DNA of 64,000 bases from Octopus bimaculoides (Eukaryota): assembly GCF_001194135.2 (NCBI RefSeq), contig NC_068994.1:52401562-52465561 (forward strand). Direction: 5' to 3'. The notes beneath the pieces were generated by a model. It saw only the letters and a list, made by a program, of their open reading frames with translations. It did no database searches and was not told where the DNA came from. Below are positions 13,359-26,804 of this stretch, piece by piece. Numbering within the stretch: position 1 is the first letter of the stretch; every line of letters starts with the position of its first letter. A program made the position numbers and the translations under genes.

Positions 13359-13521
13359 GAAATTCAGTTATCCAGCATATCCGAACCGGAATATGACCAT
13401 TTTTCAAGCTGGAAATAGCCAGATGATGGATTAGCAAATCCATATGAGGTAAGGCTTGAGAAATAGAAATAGCGAAATAATTTTAATATTCCGGCCAAGA
13501 TAACCTCGATAGCTGAACTCC
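13359..13521. mobile_element. Old MITE-like element with diverged 36-bp inverted ends
   Basis: 13359-13394 versus the reverse complement of 13486-13521 matches about 24/36, including atattccgg exactly. Confidence 0.3.
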
Positions 13522-14117
13522 ACATCGTTTTCGAGTGTTTTTTTATTGATATCTTTACCGTCTTAAATGATCGAGTGCTCTAGTACTTGTTGAACTTCAT
13601 ACTATAGAGCAACATACACACACACACACAAGCATACATACACATACATATATCTTCGCATATTTACTCGGTAGGGTATGGAAACGATCTTAAAGTAGAG
13701 TAGACATAAATGATCATATTAATTGCAAATGTACCCACTGAACCTTAACCTCCCATATGCATTGTGCTGTGTTATGCTATATTCCTCATCCACTGAGAAG
13801 ATAATGAAACAAAAATAAATATCCTCAGAGTTATTATATACTTTGCGTACTTATTGCTAATAGATGTGTATTTTGGCTCTACCATATTGTTTAATTTCCT
13901 TTCTGCTTTCGAGTCCAATATTAATCGGAAATGGTTTTGATTATAATATCGTCATAAATATAGCTTTAGTTAACAGTATATGCTATAGTAATGACTAACA
14001 ACGGAATAAGAAACCACTTTACTGGTAATGATGCAATGCATTATTTGCGAATCAATGTAAAATGCTACCTTCTTCATAACCTCATCAGAGCAAACTTGTT
14101 TACGATATGATTTTGTT

Positions 14118-14399
14118 CTTTTATTTCTTTTACTTGTTTCAGTCATTTGACTGCCGCCATGCTGGAGCACCGCCTTATTGGTCGAACGAATCGACCGCAG
14201 GATTTATTGTATGTAAGGCTAGTACTTATTCTATCGGTAATCTTTTGCCGAACCGCTAAGTTACGGGGATGTAAACGCACCAACATTGGTTGTCAAGTGA
14301 TGGTTGGGGGACAAAACACACACACACGTACACACACAAACAAACACACACACATATGTACGACAGGCTTCTTTTAGTTTCCGTCTACCAAATCCACTC
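14118..14399 (-). mobile_element. SINE family A, 3' two-thirds, with internal (CA)n
   Basis: cttgtttcagtcatttgactgccgccatgctggagcaccgcc...gccgaaccgctaagttacgggg...tttccgtctaccaaatccactc is shared with 24120-24332 and 20570-20890. Confidence 0.9.
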
Positions 14400-14506
14400 G
14401 ACCCCGAAAGGATGAAAGGGAAAGTCGACCTCGGCGGAATTTGTGCTCAGAATGTAGCGGCAGACGAAATACTGCTAAGGATTTCACCCGACGTGCTAAC
14501 GTTTCT
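14398..14506 (-). mobile_element. SINE family B, 5' half
   Basis: Reverse complement reads agaaacgttagcacgtcgggtgaaatccttagcagtatttcgtctgccgctacattctgagcacaaattccgccgaggtcgac, nearly identical to 42272-42375. Confidence 0.9.
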
Positions 14507-14649
14507 TATTTCTTTATTGCCCAAAAGGGGCTAAACACAGAGGGGAAAAACAAGGCGAGACAAAGTGATTAAGTCGATTACATCGACCCCAGTGCGCAAC
14601 TGGTAATTTATCGACCCCGAAAGGATGAAAGGCAAAGTCGACCTCGGCG
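14507..14649 (-). mobile_element. SINE family B, 3' half with A-rich tail
   Basis: Reverse complement of cgccgaggtcgactttgcctttcatcctttcggggtcgataaatt...gggcaataaagaaata, matching 42342-42488. Confidence 0.9.
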
Positions 14650-15422
14650 TTAATTGTCGACGTTAATTGAAGTAAGAAGATTAATCAAAAGAAAAGATAA
14701 AGAATATGAAAATATTGACTGCATTTGTAATAAACCACCCAAATTCTAGTATTGAAAGAATGTATTTGTTATGAATACTAGGACCTGAGAGGTAATATGG
14801 AACTGGAAAATGCTTTGTAAAATAGTTAGTGGTCGACAGCAGGAACATCTATCATTTAAGCATTTTTTCAAAATGTTTCTACATCTATACTTTTTGGTAT
14901 TGGTTGGGTTATTTTATGCGGCTTTGAGTTCATAAACGCCCACTGTGACAAGCTGCTGGGTACCACCACATTGTTACAAGGCAATTTCAGTACAAGAAAA
15001 TTTGGCAGTTTCAAACCATAAACACATGGTTCACTCCCGAAAATAATTTATTGCAATAAATATGATGAGCACAAAATAATGGATAGGCATCGTATAGCTA
15101 TGCTTATGTCAACATGGTGAGTGTTTTAATAAAATGTATGTTTCTTTTGTTATTAAAATGAGAGTCTTTTCAAGATATTTCTATAATTAAGCAAAATAAA
15201 TTCTTCATGAGATGTTAGATAACTTGCATATATCACTCTTTCTGAAAGCATATGACCACATACCAATTTCGTGTGTGTATGCACCTGAAGCCATATGTAT
15301 ATATGCTTGTATATATAGTGTGTAGTAGTCGGTGGTCTTCACACATTCTCTCACTTTTCCTTTCCTTGTTTCACACAACACTGAAACAAACATTCCATTT
15401 CCCTTTGCTCTCTCTCTCTCTG

Positions 15423-15477
<55 letters not shown>

Positions 15478-15655
15478 NNNNNNNNNNNNNNNNNNNNNNN
15501 NNNNNNNNNNNNNNNNNNNNNNNNNNNNNNNNNNNNNNNNNNNNNNNNNNNNNNNNNNNNNNNNNNNNNNNNNNNNNNNNNNNNNNNNNNNNNNNNNNNN
15601 NNNNNNNNNNNNNNNNNNNNNNNNNNNNNNNNNNNNNNNNNNNNNNNNNNNNNNN

Positions 15656-15704
<49 letters not shown>

Positions 15705-16097
15705 CACGTTCACACAAACATATCACAATTATCCGCATAAAATTCCTAAGTGTTTACTTAAAGCATATTTATGTTCCTCACATTAAATAAACGGACATTA
15801 TCGTTTGTGACGCTTTTAAATTAGAATATTATTATGACTCACATCGTAGTATTATTTATCAGGAATGGCATTTTGTATTGCAAAACTGGATTCTAAAACA
15901 CTTAATGGGAAATCTAATTGTTGGTGTAGTTGGAGTAAAGTACAGCTTGATATTTCGAAACATTAAATAGATAAATATACATACCGTTTTTTGAGTTCTG
16001 CAAATGATTGAGTAATGTGAATCATAAATGAGAACGTATGTCTATTAGTACATACATTTACATATACAAACAGTGCGTGTGTGTATGTATCTCTCTC

Positions 16098-16190
16098 TAC
16101 TCTACTTTTGCCCGACCCCACCTTGAATACTGTTGCCCACTCTGGTCTCCCCATACGAAGCAACTCATTATGAAAGTAAAAGCAACTCAT
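16098..16190 (+). mobile_element. CR1-clade LINE reverse transcriptase C-terminal relic
   Basis: Translates YSTFARPHLEYCCPLWSPHTKQLIMKV, matching the CR1/L2 motif LYKxLVRPHLEYCxxxWSPxxKxxIxxLE. Confidence 0.8.
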
Positions 16191-16377
16191 TAAAGACGGC
16201 ATGAGAGGCATTGACTATTGGGGTCGACTAAAACAAACTCAATCTCTACTCTTTCCAACGCCGCCGGGAGCGCTATATCATTTGTGTGATGTGGAAAATA
16301 TTCTATCAATATTGCACAAATTATGTTGGCATCAATTTTAAAAAGATTTCCGGAAAAAGGTGAGCTAGGATTGAAAT

Positions 16378-16567
16378 ATAGATTTCAAATTTTGGCACAG
16401 GGTCAGCAATTTCGGGGATAAAGTAAGTCGATTCCATTAACCACAGTACTCAAATGGAATTTATTTTATCGAACCCGAGTGACTTAAAAGCAAAGTCGAC
16501 CTTGGTGGAAGTTGAACTCAGAATATGAACAGGGACGAAAATGCTGTCAATCCTGTCACCGCATCGT
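16378..16567 (-). mobile_element. SINE family B (short-tail variant), diverged
   Basis: tttcaaattttggcacagggtcagcaatttcgggg...gcaaagtcgaccttggtggaagttgaactcagaat. Confidence 0.8.
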
Positions 16568-16835
16568 CATAAGATTGTGTAGGAATGCAGAGTATAAAAG
16601 TATAAAGCATAAAAGTATATATCATTCCTTATCAAATGTATTGTTTAGGTTTTATAAGAAATGTAAATATAAACACGTGTGTGTGTGTTTGAGTGTATAT
16701 TTGTGCGTGCGTGTATGCGTGTTATGCATGTCCGTACATATGTGTATGTATATGATTGTGTGTCACTTCTCTCTGTTTATATATTGTCTTACGTTATATA
16801 TAAATATTTACGTACATACTTACATATAGACACAA

Positions 16836-16878
<43 letters not shown>

Positions 16879-17797
16879 NNNNNNNNNNNNNNNNNNNNNN
16901 NNNNNNNNNNNNNNNNNNNNNNNNNNNNNNNNNNNNNNNNNNNNNNNNNNNNNNNNNNNNNNNNNNNNNNNNNNNNNNNNNNNNNNNNNNNNNNNNNNNN
17001 NNNNNNNNNNNNNNNNNNNNNNNNNNNNNNNNNNNNNNNNNNNNNNNNNNNNNNNNNNNNNNNNNNNNNNNNNNNNNNNNNNNNNNNNNNNNNNNNNNNN
17101 NNNNNNNNNNNNNNNNNNNNNNNNNNNNNNNNNNNNNNNNNNNNNNNNNNNNNNNNNNNNNNNNNNNNNNNNNNNNNNNNNNNNNNNNNNNNNNNNNNNN
17201 NNNNNNNNNNNNNNNNNNNNNNNNNNNNNNNNNNNNNNNNNNNNNNNNNNNNNNNNNNNNNNNNNNNNNNNNNNNNNNNNNNNNNNNNNNNNNNNNNNNN
17301 NNNNNNNNNNNNNNNNNNNNNNNNNNNNNNNNNNNNNNNNNNNNNNNNNNNNNNNNNNNNNNNNNNNNNNNNNNNNNNNNNNNNNNNNNNNNNNNNNNNN
17401 NNNNNNNNNNNNNNNNNNNNNNNNNNNNNNNNNNNNNNNNNNNNNNNNNNNNNNNNNNNNNNNNNNNNNNNNNNNNNNNNNNNNNNNNNNNNNNNNNNNN
17501 NNNNNNNNNNNNNNNNNNNNNNNNNNNNNNNNNNNNNNNNNNNNNNNNNNNNNNNNNNNNNNNNNNNNNNNNNNNNNNNNNNNNNNNNNNNNNNNNNNNN
17601 NNNNNNNNNNNNNNNNNNNNNNNNNNNNNNNNNNNNNNNNNNNNNNNNNNNNNNNNNNNNNNNNNNNNNNNNNNNNNNNNNNNNNNNNNNNNNNNNNNNN
17701 NNNNNNNNNNNNNNNNNNNNNNNNNNNNNNNNNNNNNNNNNNNNNNNNNNNNNNNNNNNNNNNNNNNNNNNNNNNNNNNNNNNNATATTCATATATA

Positions 17798-17839
<42 letters not shown>

Positions 17840-18447
17840 CTCACAAGGAAGACCATGTACTTCTAAATTAGGGTTATTCTGGGCTTTCCATTACAATTTA
17901 AAATTCTGTTCATGCAGAACTAATTATTTCTACAATGGCAGTTCATTTGAATACGAACAGCGTGAATGATAAATCATGTATCTAAACTGGGAAACGATAC
18001 TTAGAAAAAAATATTCAGTTATTTAATGATAACTTACAAAAGATAATAGAGTTTAGCAATGCGTTTGATCACTGTATAGGTTAGCATAATCGAAAAATTC
18101 GCTTTACATTAAATAAATATGCTATAAAGATCACAGTAAGGAATTTAAATAAACTGCCTGATGGAAACTGCATAAAAGAAACATTAAAATGCAGATTGTG
18201 ATGAAGGAATATGTGTAAATTAAATGTAGTTACAAGTGGAACAGTGTACAATATATTTATGACTGGTTTCATTTTGATGGAAAGCACGTTGAAAATCTAA
18301 ACAAAGTGAAAATTAGACATCGCGTGTCTAATGTATTCTAATTTACGTGCATATATCTTATGGATGTATGTGTGTATATATAAGTAAATGTGTAAGTAGT
18401 ACATACATATATATAATTTATATGTACATATATACTTGTACATGTAC

Positions 18448-18509
<62 letters not shown>

Positions 18510-18935
18510 NNNNNNNNNNNNNNNNNNNNNNNNNNNNNNNNNNNNNNNNNNNNNNNNNNNNNNNNNNNNNNNNNNNNNNNNNNNNNNNNNNNNNNNNNNN
18601 NNNNNNNNNNNNNNNNNNNNNNNNNNNNNNNNNNNNNNNNNNNNNNNNNNNNNNNNNNNNNNNNNNNNNNNNNNNNNNNNNNNNNNNNNNNNNNNNNNNN
18701 NNNNNNNNNNNNNNNNNNNNNNNNNNNNNNNNNNNNNNNNNNNNNNNNNNNNNNNNNNNNNNNNNNNNNNNNNNNNNNNNNNNNNNNNNNNNNNNNNNNN
18801 NNNNNNNNNNNNNNNNNNNNNNNNNNNNNNNNNNNNNNNNNNNNNNNNNNNNNNNNNNNNNNNNNNNNNNNNNNNNNNNNNNNNNNNNNNNNNNNNNNNN
18901 NNNNNNNNNNNNNNNNNNNNNNNNNNNNNNNNATA

Positions 18936-18966
<31 letters not shown>

Positions 18967-19754
18967 GTATGTATATATATAAATATGCGTGTACATCTTT
19001 TGACGTATGCATACGCAAACAAATGTGCTCAATATGTTCCCTTCTTGGTGCTATTTTCCATTATATATTAACACCTATATTTCTCTAATTACCAATTTGC
19101 AAAGTGAATTTCTAATTTCAAGATGTATATCTATTTTATTTTTAATTTTTGTGTAACTCAACAATTTAATAATACATGGCTCTCTTCCCACTTTGTTTCG
19201 TTTTCCGCATACTTACAATTGTAATTAATAACCTAGGTTAAAGCACACATGCACACACACACAAACATTTCTACGTATATGTGTTTGTGTATTTCATGCA
19301 TATAGACAACAGATATTTTAGGGAAGATTTTAAAGTGACAATTGTTGAAGTATAGCTCCATAATTAAAAAACAAAAAAGACGGTCTATTAATTCGTTAGT
19401 ATTAACATTTCACTTACTGCAGCTGCTTCCCCTTTCCACACGTGCTTTATAAATACCATAGAGCTCCAATGAAACACCATGTGTTTTGACACGTGAACAC
19501 ATGAAAAAATTATCTGTTCTGAATATAGTAACAAATTAATGTGTGACACAATGACTAATGGTTGTACAAGCAAAGTAATCATACCATGATTCCTTAATCA
19601 TTCTTACATTACGATATGTGTTTGAGAAGCTTGCTTTTGCCTATCGTGTAGCCTTCGTTTCATCCCCGACCTTACCAAAGTATTACGAGTAGATATGTTG
19701 GACGGAAACATACAGATATGTATATATATACTGCATTACCTCTGGATATTCTTA

Positions 19755-19890
19755 TTGCTTATTTTGATTGTAATCATCTTATTTTGAAATTAGATTCAGA
19801 TAAATATGGTACTTAAGTTGAGGCACCCGAATTTAGTACGGTATTATCCATACAATTTTAAAATAAGGTGATTAGAATCAAAATAAGCAA
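19755..19890. repeat. Fold-back (palindromic) element, about 136 bp
   Basis: The left arm ttgcttattttgattgtaatcatcttattttgaaatt matches the reverse complement of the right arm at 34/37. The same sequence recurs at 20064-20199 across an N gap. Confidence 0.75.
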
Positions 19891-20569
19891 CTTNNNNNNN
19901 NNNNNNNNNNNNNNNNNNNNNNNNNNNNNNNNNNNNNNNNNNNNNNNNNNNNNNNNNNNNNNNNNNNNNNNNNNNNNNNNNNNNNNNNNNNNNNNNNNNN
20001 NNNNNNNNNNNNATATGTATGTATGTATGTATATATATACTGCATTACCTCTGGATATTCTTATTGCTTATTTTGATTGTAATCATCTTATTTTGAAATT
20101 AGATTCAGATAAATATGGTACTTAAGTTGAGGCACCCGAATTTAGTACGGTATTATCCATACAATTTTAAAATAAGGTGATTAGAATCAAAATAAGCAAC
20201 TTTAAGAAAGAGATAAATCAAGTAACTTCTAAAGTGAAAATTTAGGTTAGTCAAGAAGATTATTAAGAATGATATTATAACAAAAGGATACAACTTCTAC
20301 GAATACTTTTGAGTATACACCAAATTTTACCACAATAGAGTGAGAAAAGAAAATTACATAGAAATAGTTTAATATTTACACTTATTTTAATTTATACTTA
20401 TTTCAATTTAATTAAATTCTGTCTTTGTGCAGCTGGGGATTGCCCTGCATTTAAATTGATGTAATGGTTGCATTGTTCAATTAAATGGAGTTGCGTGAAA
20501 CGATCGTACTGCATTACCTTTGTATATACTTGTTGCTTATTTTGATTATATATATATATATATATATAC

Positions 20570-20890
20570 TTTATCTTCTACATGTTTCAATCATTAGGCT
20601 AGGGCGTTGCTGGGGCACCAACTGAAAGAATTTTTGTCGAAGAAAGAGACCTAAATACTTCTTTTTCTAAACCTTCTACTTATTCTCCGGGTGTTTTTTG
20701 CCGAACCGTTAAGTTACGGCTATAAAACATGCTAACACCGGTTGACAAGCAATCACAGAGGACGAACATAGACACATAAACAATTACACACATGCATATA
20801 TAAACATATATATACGACGGTCTTATTTCTGTTTCCGCTCACCAAATTCACTCAGATGGCTTTGGTTAGCTGAACAATAGAGTAGGAAGG
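20570..20890 (-). mobile_element. SINE family A, diverged, near full length
   Basis: catgtttcaatcattaggct...gctggggcacc...gccgaaccgttaagttacgg...tacgacggtcttatttctgtttccg...ctttggtt. Confidence 0.8.
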
Positions 20891-21357
20891 ACAACAGGTA
20901 AGAGTACGTTTCAGTAGTCGGAAATATCTATCACGTAAATCTGTTAATACATCGTATTTCGACATACGTTTAATTTAAAACGAAAATATGTGATATTCCG
21001 TTATAATTGTGGTTGCTCATTTTGCCCTTTCCTTATATCCTAATTTAAAAAAGTTGGATTATTGTGATAAAACATAACTTGAATATTCAATTAACAGAGT
21101 TAAATGTTTAATTCAAGTTGTGCTAACATTGTGTCTTTTATATCTTCGAATGATCTGGAATTGGAATTAAAAGGAAAATTGATACTATAAAACTAATATA
21201 ATAAATAATGGAAATCCCAAAGAAAAAGAAAGCATAACAGCACAAATATAAACGAAATACAATTTAATTGATTTTGTCCACAGAATCTTCTCGACTCTGA
21301 ACAGTATAGTCCCAACGTAATTATCTCAATCCCTTAATTCTCTCTCTCTCTCTGTGC

Positions 21358-21565
21358 ATATTCGTAACCGCTTCCAACTATCCTCTATGTTCCTTTCTGC
21401 CATTCCTATTTCAGGTCCAGATTATTTTCTTGAATATCCGTGTTTCATTTATTCCCTATTTTTCTTCATCTCGGGCAGACGTGATATTTATTTTTGTTCA
21501 CTTTCCTATTTCTGCAAAAACCGCAATTAGTAGGTCTAGTACTGTCAGTCTTTCGTAACATCCGT
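21358..21565. repeat. 208-bp direct copy of 22906-23113
   Basis: Identical by eye, offset 1548 bp. Confidence 0.95.
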
Positions 21566-22544
21566 GGTTGCATGTGTTGTTCACACATATGATGCGGAAT
21601 ATGAACGTAAATAAATTAATTAAAAAGTCTCTATCTGATCTGNNNNNNNNNNNNNNNNNNNNNNNNNNNNNNNNNNNNNNNNNNNNNNNNNNNNNNNNNN
21701 NNNNNNNNNNNNNNNNNNNNNNNNNNNNNNNNNNNNNNNNNNNNNNNNNNNNNNNNNNNNNNNNNNNNNNNNNNNNNNNNNNNNNNNNNNNNNNNNNNNN
21801 NNNNNNNNNNNNNNNNNNNNNNNNNNNNNNNNNNNNNNNNNNNNNNNNNNNNNNNNNNNNNNNNNNNNNNNNNNNNNNNNNNNNNNNNNNNNNNNNNNNN
21901 NNNNNNNNNNNNNNNNNNNNNNNNNNNNNNNNNNNNNNNNNNNNNNNNNNNNNNNNNNNNNNNNNNNNNNNNNNNNNNNNNNNNNNNNNNNNNNNNNNNN
22001 NNNNNNNNNNNNNNNNNNNNNNNNNNNNNNNNNNNNNNNNNNNNNNNNNNNNNNNNNNNNNNNNNNNNNNNNNNNNNNNNNNNNNNNNNNNNNNNNNNNN
22101 NNNNNNNNNNNNNNNNNNNNNNNNNNNNNNNNNNNNNNNNNNNNNNNNNNNNNNATATATATACATCTTCAATTATGTGGCGCTCTATTTTTCGCATAAA
22201 CTTTATGTAACAACGTATATTAGAAGAATGAAATATATATTAACCAATTAAAATCCTGAATGTGTTAAATTCTTATAAAAAATAAGCAAAACTAATTATT
22301 AATTATATGAAAACTGAAATATCTCGTACATAGGTTTTATTTCAAGTTGAAAACCTATCAATTTTACTGACACAACTAATGTAGTCTCCATATTTACGGG
22401 CTCCAAAATAGTTCCAATCTGATTTTCCAGAAATATTTTTCAAGTAAAAATTTCCTATCAATAGTCATGTCGCTGTTCAGTATAGGATACACCATTCTAT
22501 ATATCGCACATGATTTTCAGAAGTTCCTATGTATTATCTCCCTT

Positions 22545-23230
22545 ACGTACGTAAACCCTTAAACGCTAATCGAGCACAGGCCACTGAAGATATGTCCCAA
22601 TATTTCTGCTTCTTTTGATCTCTGCTTTTGCAGATCTTCCACAGTATTCCGTCGTTAGATTTCTTTCCTCTGGATGTATCTTCTAATAACAATTATTATC
22701 AAGTTATTGTCTCTTTTGACGAAGAACCATTGTCCCATAATTGTTAGAACAGGCTTCAGTTGCAACATTTTTTCAATTTACCTAAATTTCGTTCCTGGTA
22801 GTGTTTGACCGCCAGATGACCCACATCGTTTCGACCTCTACTTTCACTTCTTGTTTTAATGTATCTTCAGCCCTACTTCTGTAGAATTGTCTTACGGTGC
22901 TGCTTATATTCGTAACCGCTTCCAACTATCCTCTATGTTCCTTTCTGCCATTCCTATTTCAGGTCCAGATTATTTTCTTGAATATCCGTGTTTCATTTAT
23001 TCCCTATTTTTCTTCATCTCGGGCAGACGTGATATTTATTTTTGTTCACTTTCCTATTTCTGCAAAAACCGCAATTAGTAGGTCTAGTACTGTCAGTCTT
23101 TCGTAACATCCGTAGTTTTTCCCAACGTCAGTTTGTCTCTCCTAACACTCCTCTTTTCTTTTCAAGGTATCTTCCAGTTCTCCAGGCTGTTAGTGATATC
23201 TACCTCAAGTATAAGAAATACTGGCCAATT
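22545..23230 (-). mobile_element. Degenerate RTE-like LINE 3' region
   Basis: A-rich minus strand with frameshifted remnants LEAV..., IWRS, KIHPEE..SNDGILWK and LGHIF. These follow the order of the RTE RT C-terminal motifs (LExV, IWxS, IxWPExISNxEL, LGHI). Confidence 0.5.
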
Positions 23231-24119
23231 TTATAGATAACGTTCAATTTTATCACTACCACTGATATAAATCAGGACGAAAATATCCCTGCCCTATGCA
23301 ATTTATTTATAACTTACTGGCCTTCATCGATAAGAATGAGATTAACGAAAGTAGTTTTACTATAAACAGTACGAACTGCAGAATTTCTGTCCACTGTAAG
23401 ACTATTAATTTAATCAATCAGATATTAATCTATTTTTACTATGATATATTGCTAATCATCAATTTCTGTATAGATCACGTAGCCAATTACACCAATTCTG
23501 TTCAATTTGTCAAGCTTCAAGGAATGACAATAAAGAGACTCGTATATCAATGTATGATTCACTCAAATCGCGTATCCGACCATCCAGTTCTAATCTATGA
23601 TTCAATCTGTGATTTAAGTGTAGTCTAACGAGCGCTCACCGCTTTTATAAGACCACGCCGCCATACCTTTCGCTAATGAACTGCAATCTTCAACAAATAA
23701 CTCCCTCGTGATAGTTTATGATAACAGTAATGTCTTAAAAGATTCATAAACGTGATAAAATGAGTAATTATCTTAGATAATTGGTGTCGGGTTATAACTT
23801 TATAAATGAAGAAAAATTTTTAAAAAATGAAATAAAGGAAATGGTATAATGAAAACGAACTCAAAATCCTGTGTTTCTGCCTAAAGAATTATAAAGTGTC
23901 ATTAAATATATGAAAAGAAAGGAACACCATCAGAATCGATAAAAATACACCTACCCAGATATATAGCTTCATCATGTGACTAAATTTAATTATAATATTT
24001 ATGAGATAAGCGTACAAATCTCACTTTCTGTATACATACATACATATATACATACATACATACACACACGCACACATACATACATACACACACGCACACA
24101 TACATACATTATTCTTTGG

Positions 24120-24231
24120 AAGCCTAGTACCTATTCTATCGGTCTCTTTTGCCGAACTGCTATATTACGGGGACGTAAACACACCAGCATCGGTTGTCAA
24201 GCGATGTTGGGGGGACAAACACAGACACACG

Positions 24232-24275
<44 letters not shown>

Positions 24276-24332
24276 TATACATATATATACGACGGGCTTC
24301 TTTCAGTTTCCGTCTACCAAATCCACTCACAA
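24120..24332 (-). mobile_element. SINE family A internal fragment, well conserved, with internal (CA)/(TA) tract
   Basis: cctagtacctattctatcggtctcttttgccgaac...tacgacgggcttctttcagtttccgtctaccaaatccactcacaa. Confidence 0.9.
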
Positions 24333-25308
24333 TGAAAAACTTTGATACAAATTTCCATAAGTAAAATTGACCCATCAACGTCATGGGAGGGATATTTTCT
24401 GAATCCATGTTGGCTACATAAAAACTGAAATTTAATGTCATTTTAGTGTAGATTTCACACTTTAATTACTCTTATTTCAAACATGAATTTAAAATTAGTG
24501 GCAGATCATTCAGGCATAACTATGTGGATTCATTAGAGGATAGGTAGCCGGGGATTTTGGTTACATAATACTATCCATTTTTGTTTAATTCCTCACCATG
24601 AAGTGAAGGGTAACTGGTCCTCGACTCTGTGTTCTGTGAGAAACTAATCTAATAGCAAACTGTTAATGAGGAAACATAATTAAGCAGGAATTGGGGGTAC
24701 TTCAGACGACTGCACGATATAAATGTAATCAACACTGGTGTCAGCAGGTAATAGACTATTATTGACAATTGCCAAGCGAAGCAGTCCAGAATCGCTCGAC
24801 ACAGATACACGGCACTGGGCTAAGTTCTAAGTAGGTTCCGCTCACTTTCACCATAATCAGCCGTCCTGGCTATATATTTCCAGTCAAGATTACAAGAACT
24901 TTCTCACGAAAGTAGGACACTGTGTTAAACTTACACGAAATTAATATAAAATATATTACTATTACATTTTTTTTTTACACATAGTTATATGTATTGATAA
25001 AATATATTTTATCCCTATTCATTACTTATGGTAAATGAAGAAAAGATTAACATAGCGTCATAAAAATCTTTAGCCTGATAGGGAAAATCTCATTTTATAT
25101 TATACAAAATTACACGTAGGACATCTATCAGAAAACCTATATAATGATGGCTTTAGTCTAGTGACACACAGGCACGCACGCACACACACATACACGCAAG
25201 CAAGCAAGCAAGCACATACGTACAACACCCACCCACACAACATATGTCCACTCATACATATATATTTAATCATAAACACACACACACATATATGTGTATA
25301 TACACATA

Positions 25309-25347
<39 letters not shown>

Positions 25348-26066
25348 NNNNNNNNNNNNNNNNNNNNNNNNNNNNNNNNNNNNNNNNNNNNNNNNNNNNN
25401 NNNNNNNNNNNNNNNNNNNNNNNNNNNNNNNNNNNNNNNNNNNNNNNNNNNNNNNNNNNNNNNNNNNNNNNNNNNNNNNNNNNNNNNNNNNNNNNNNNNN
25501 NNNNNNNNNNNNNNNNNNNNNNNNNNNNNNNNNNNNNNNNNNNNNNNNNNNNNNNNNNNNNNNNNNNNNNNNNNNNNNNNNNNNNNNNNNNNNNNNNNNN
25601 NNNNNNNNNNNNNNNNNNNNNNNNNNNNNNNNNNNNNNNNNNNNNNNNNNNNNNNNNNNNNNNNNNNNNNNNNNNNNNNNNNNNNNNNNNNNNNNNNNNN
25701 NNNNNNNNNNNNNNNNNNNNNNNNNNNNNNNNNNNNNNNNNNNNNNNNNNNNNNNNNNNNNNNNNNNNNNNNNNNNNNNNNNNNNNNNNNNNNNNNNNNN
25801 NNNNNNNNNNNNNNNNNNNNNNNNNTATATATACATACCTCTGTGTATGTGCGTGTGTTTATTATTTCATTTATACACCTAATTCCTTGATTATTGCTAA
25901 GATATCATTCAATAATCTAAGTAATTTTCTTCGCGAATTCATTTCTGTGTCATGATTTCGAATTATGTATGTATGTATGTATGTATGTATTTGTGTATGC
26001 ATGTATGTATGTGTATGCATGTACGTATGTGTGTATGTATATATAGTCGCATGTATGTATGTATGC

Positions 26067-26134
<68 letters not shown>

Positions 26135-26681
26135 GCACACAATTTGACGAATTCAAGTTTGATTTATTACGGTTCTTGTGACTTCTCTTGATAGGCTTTA
26201 GGTTTCAGGTTCATTTACTATAATATATTATTGATTAACAAAACCTAATGCACAATTTGGGATCATTGGCCTCGAAAAGTCAACTAAATTTTGCCCCACT
26301 AATGAGAGGAGCTTTACATGGGTCAATCGAATTTCTAGACATAGCAACCAATGATCTGTAAAAATTATACCTCTTCCTTTAATACAACAGAAGGTGAAAA
26401 ATATAACCTGGGTTACAGTCTCTCCCTCTCTCTCTCTCTCTTTCTCTTTGTTTGTCTGTCTCTCTCTCTCTCTCTCTCCCTCTCTCTCTCTATCATACTG
26501 TTTTAAGTGTTGCACTTATTGGTCTGCGTGCCTGTTGGCGCAGCGATTTCAAGGGTTTAGTGTAACAAAGTATATGCTTGTTTCTTACATTGTCCCTTAA
26601 TTTTACTGAACGTAAACGAACCAATATCATATCATTTGGCAAGCTGTATAGGAATAGACACAAATATATTCATATATGTAT

Positions 26682-26794
26682 TGGCGTTAGGAAGGGCATC
26701 CAGCTGTAGAAACTCTGCCAAATCAGACTGGAGCCTGGTGTTGCCATCCGGTTTCACCAGTCCTCAGTCAAATCGTCCAACCCATGCTAGCATG
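26682..26794 (+). mobile_element. Retroposon 3' tail fragment (RTE-associated LINE/SINE end)
   Basis: ggcgttaggaagggcatccagctgtagaaactctgcc...cgtccaacccatgctagcatg is a GC-rich motif I recall as a common octopus retroposon end. Truncated by a gap. Confidence 0.5.
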
Positions 26795-26804
26795 NNNNNN
26801 NNNN

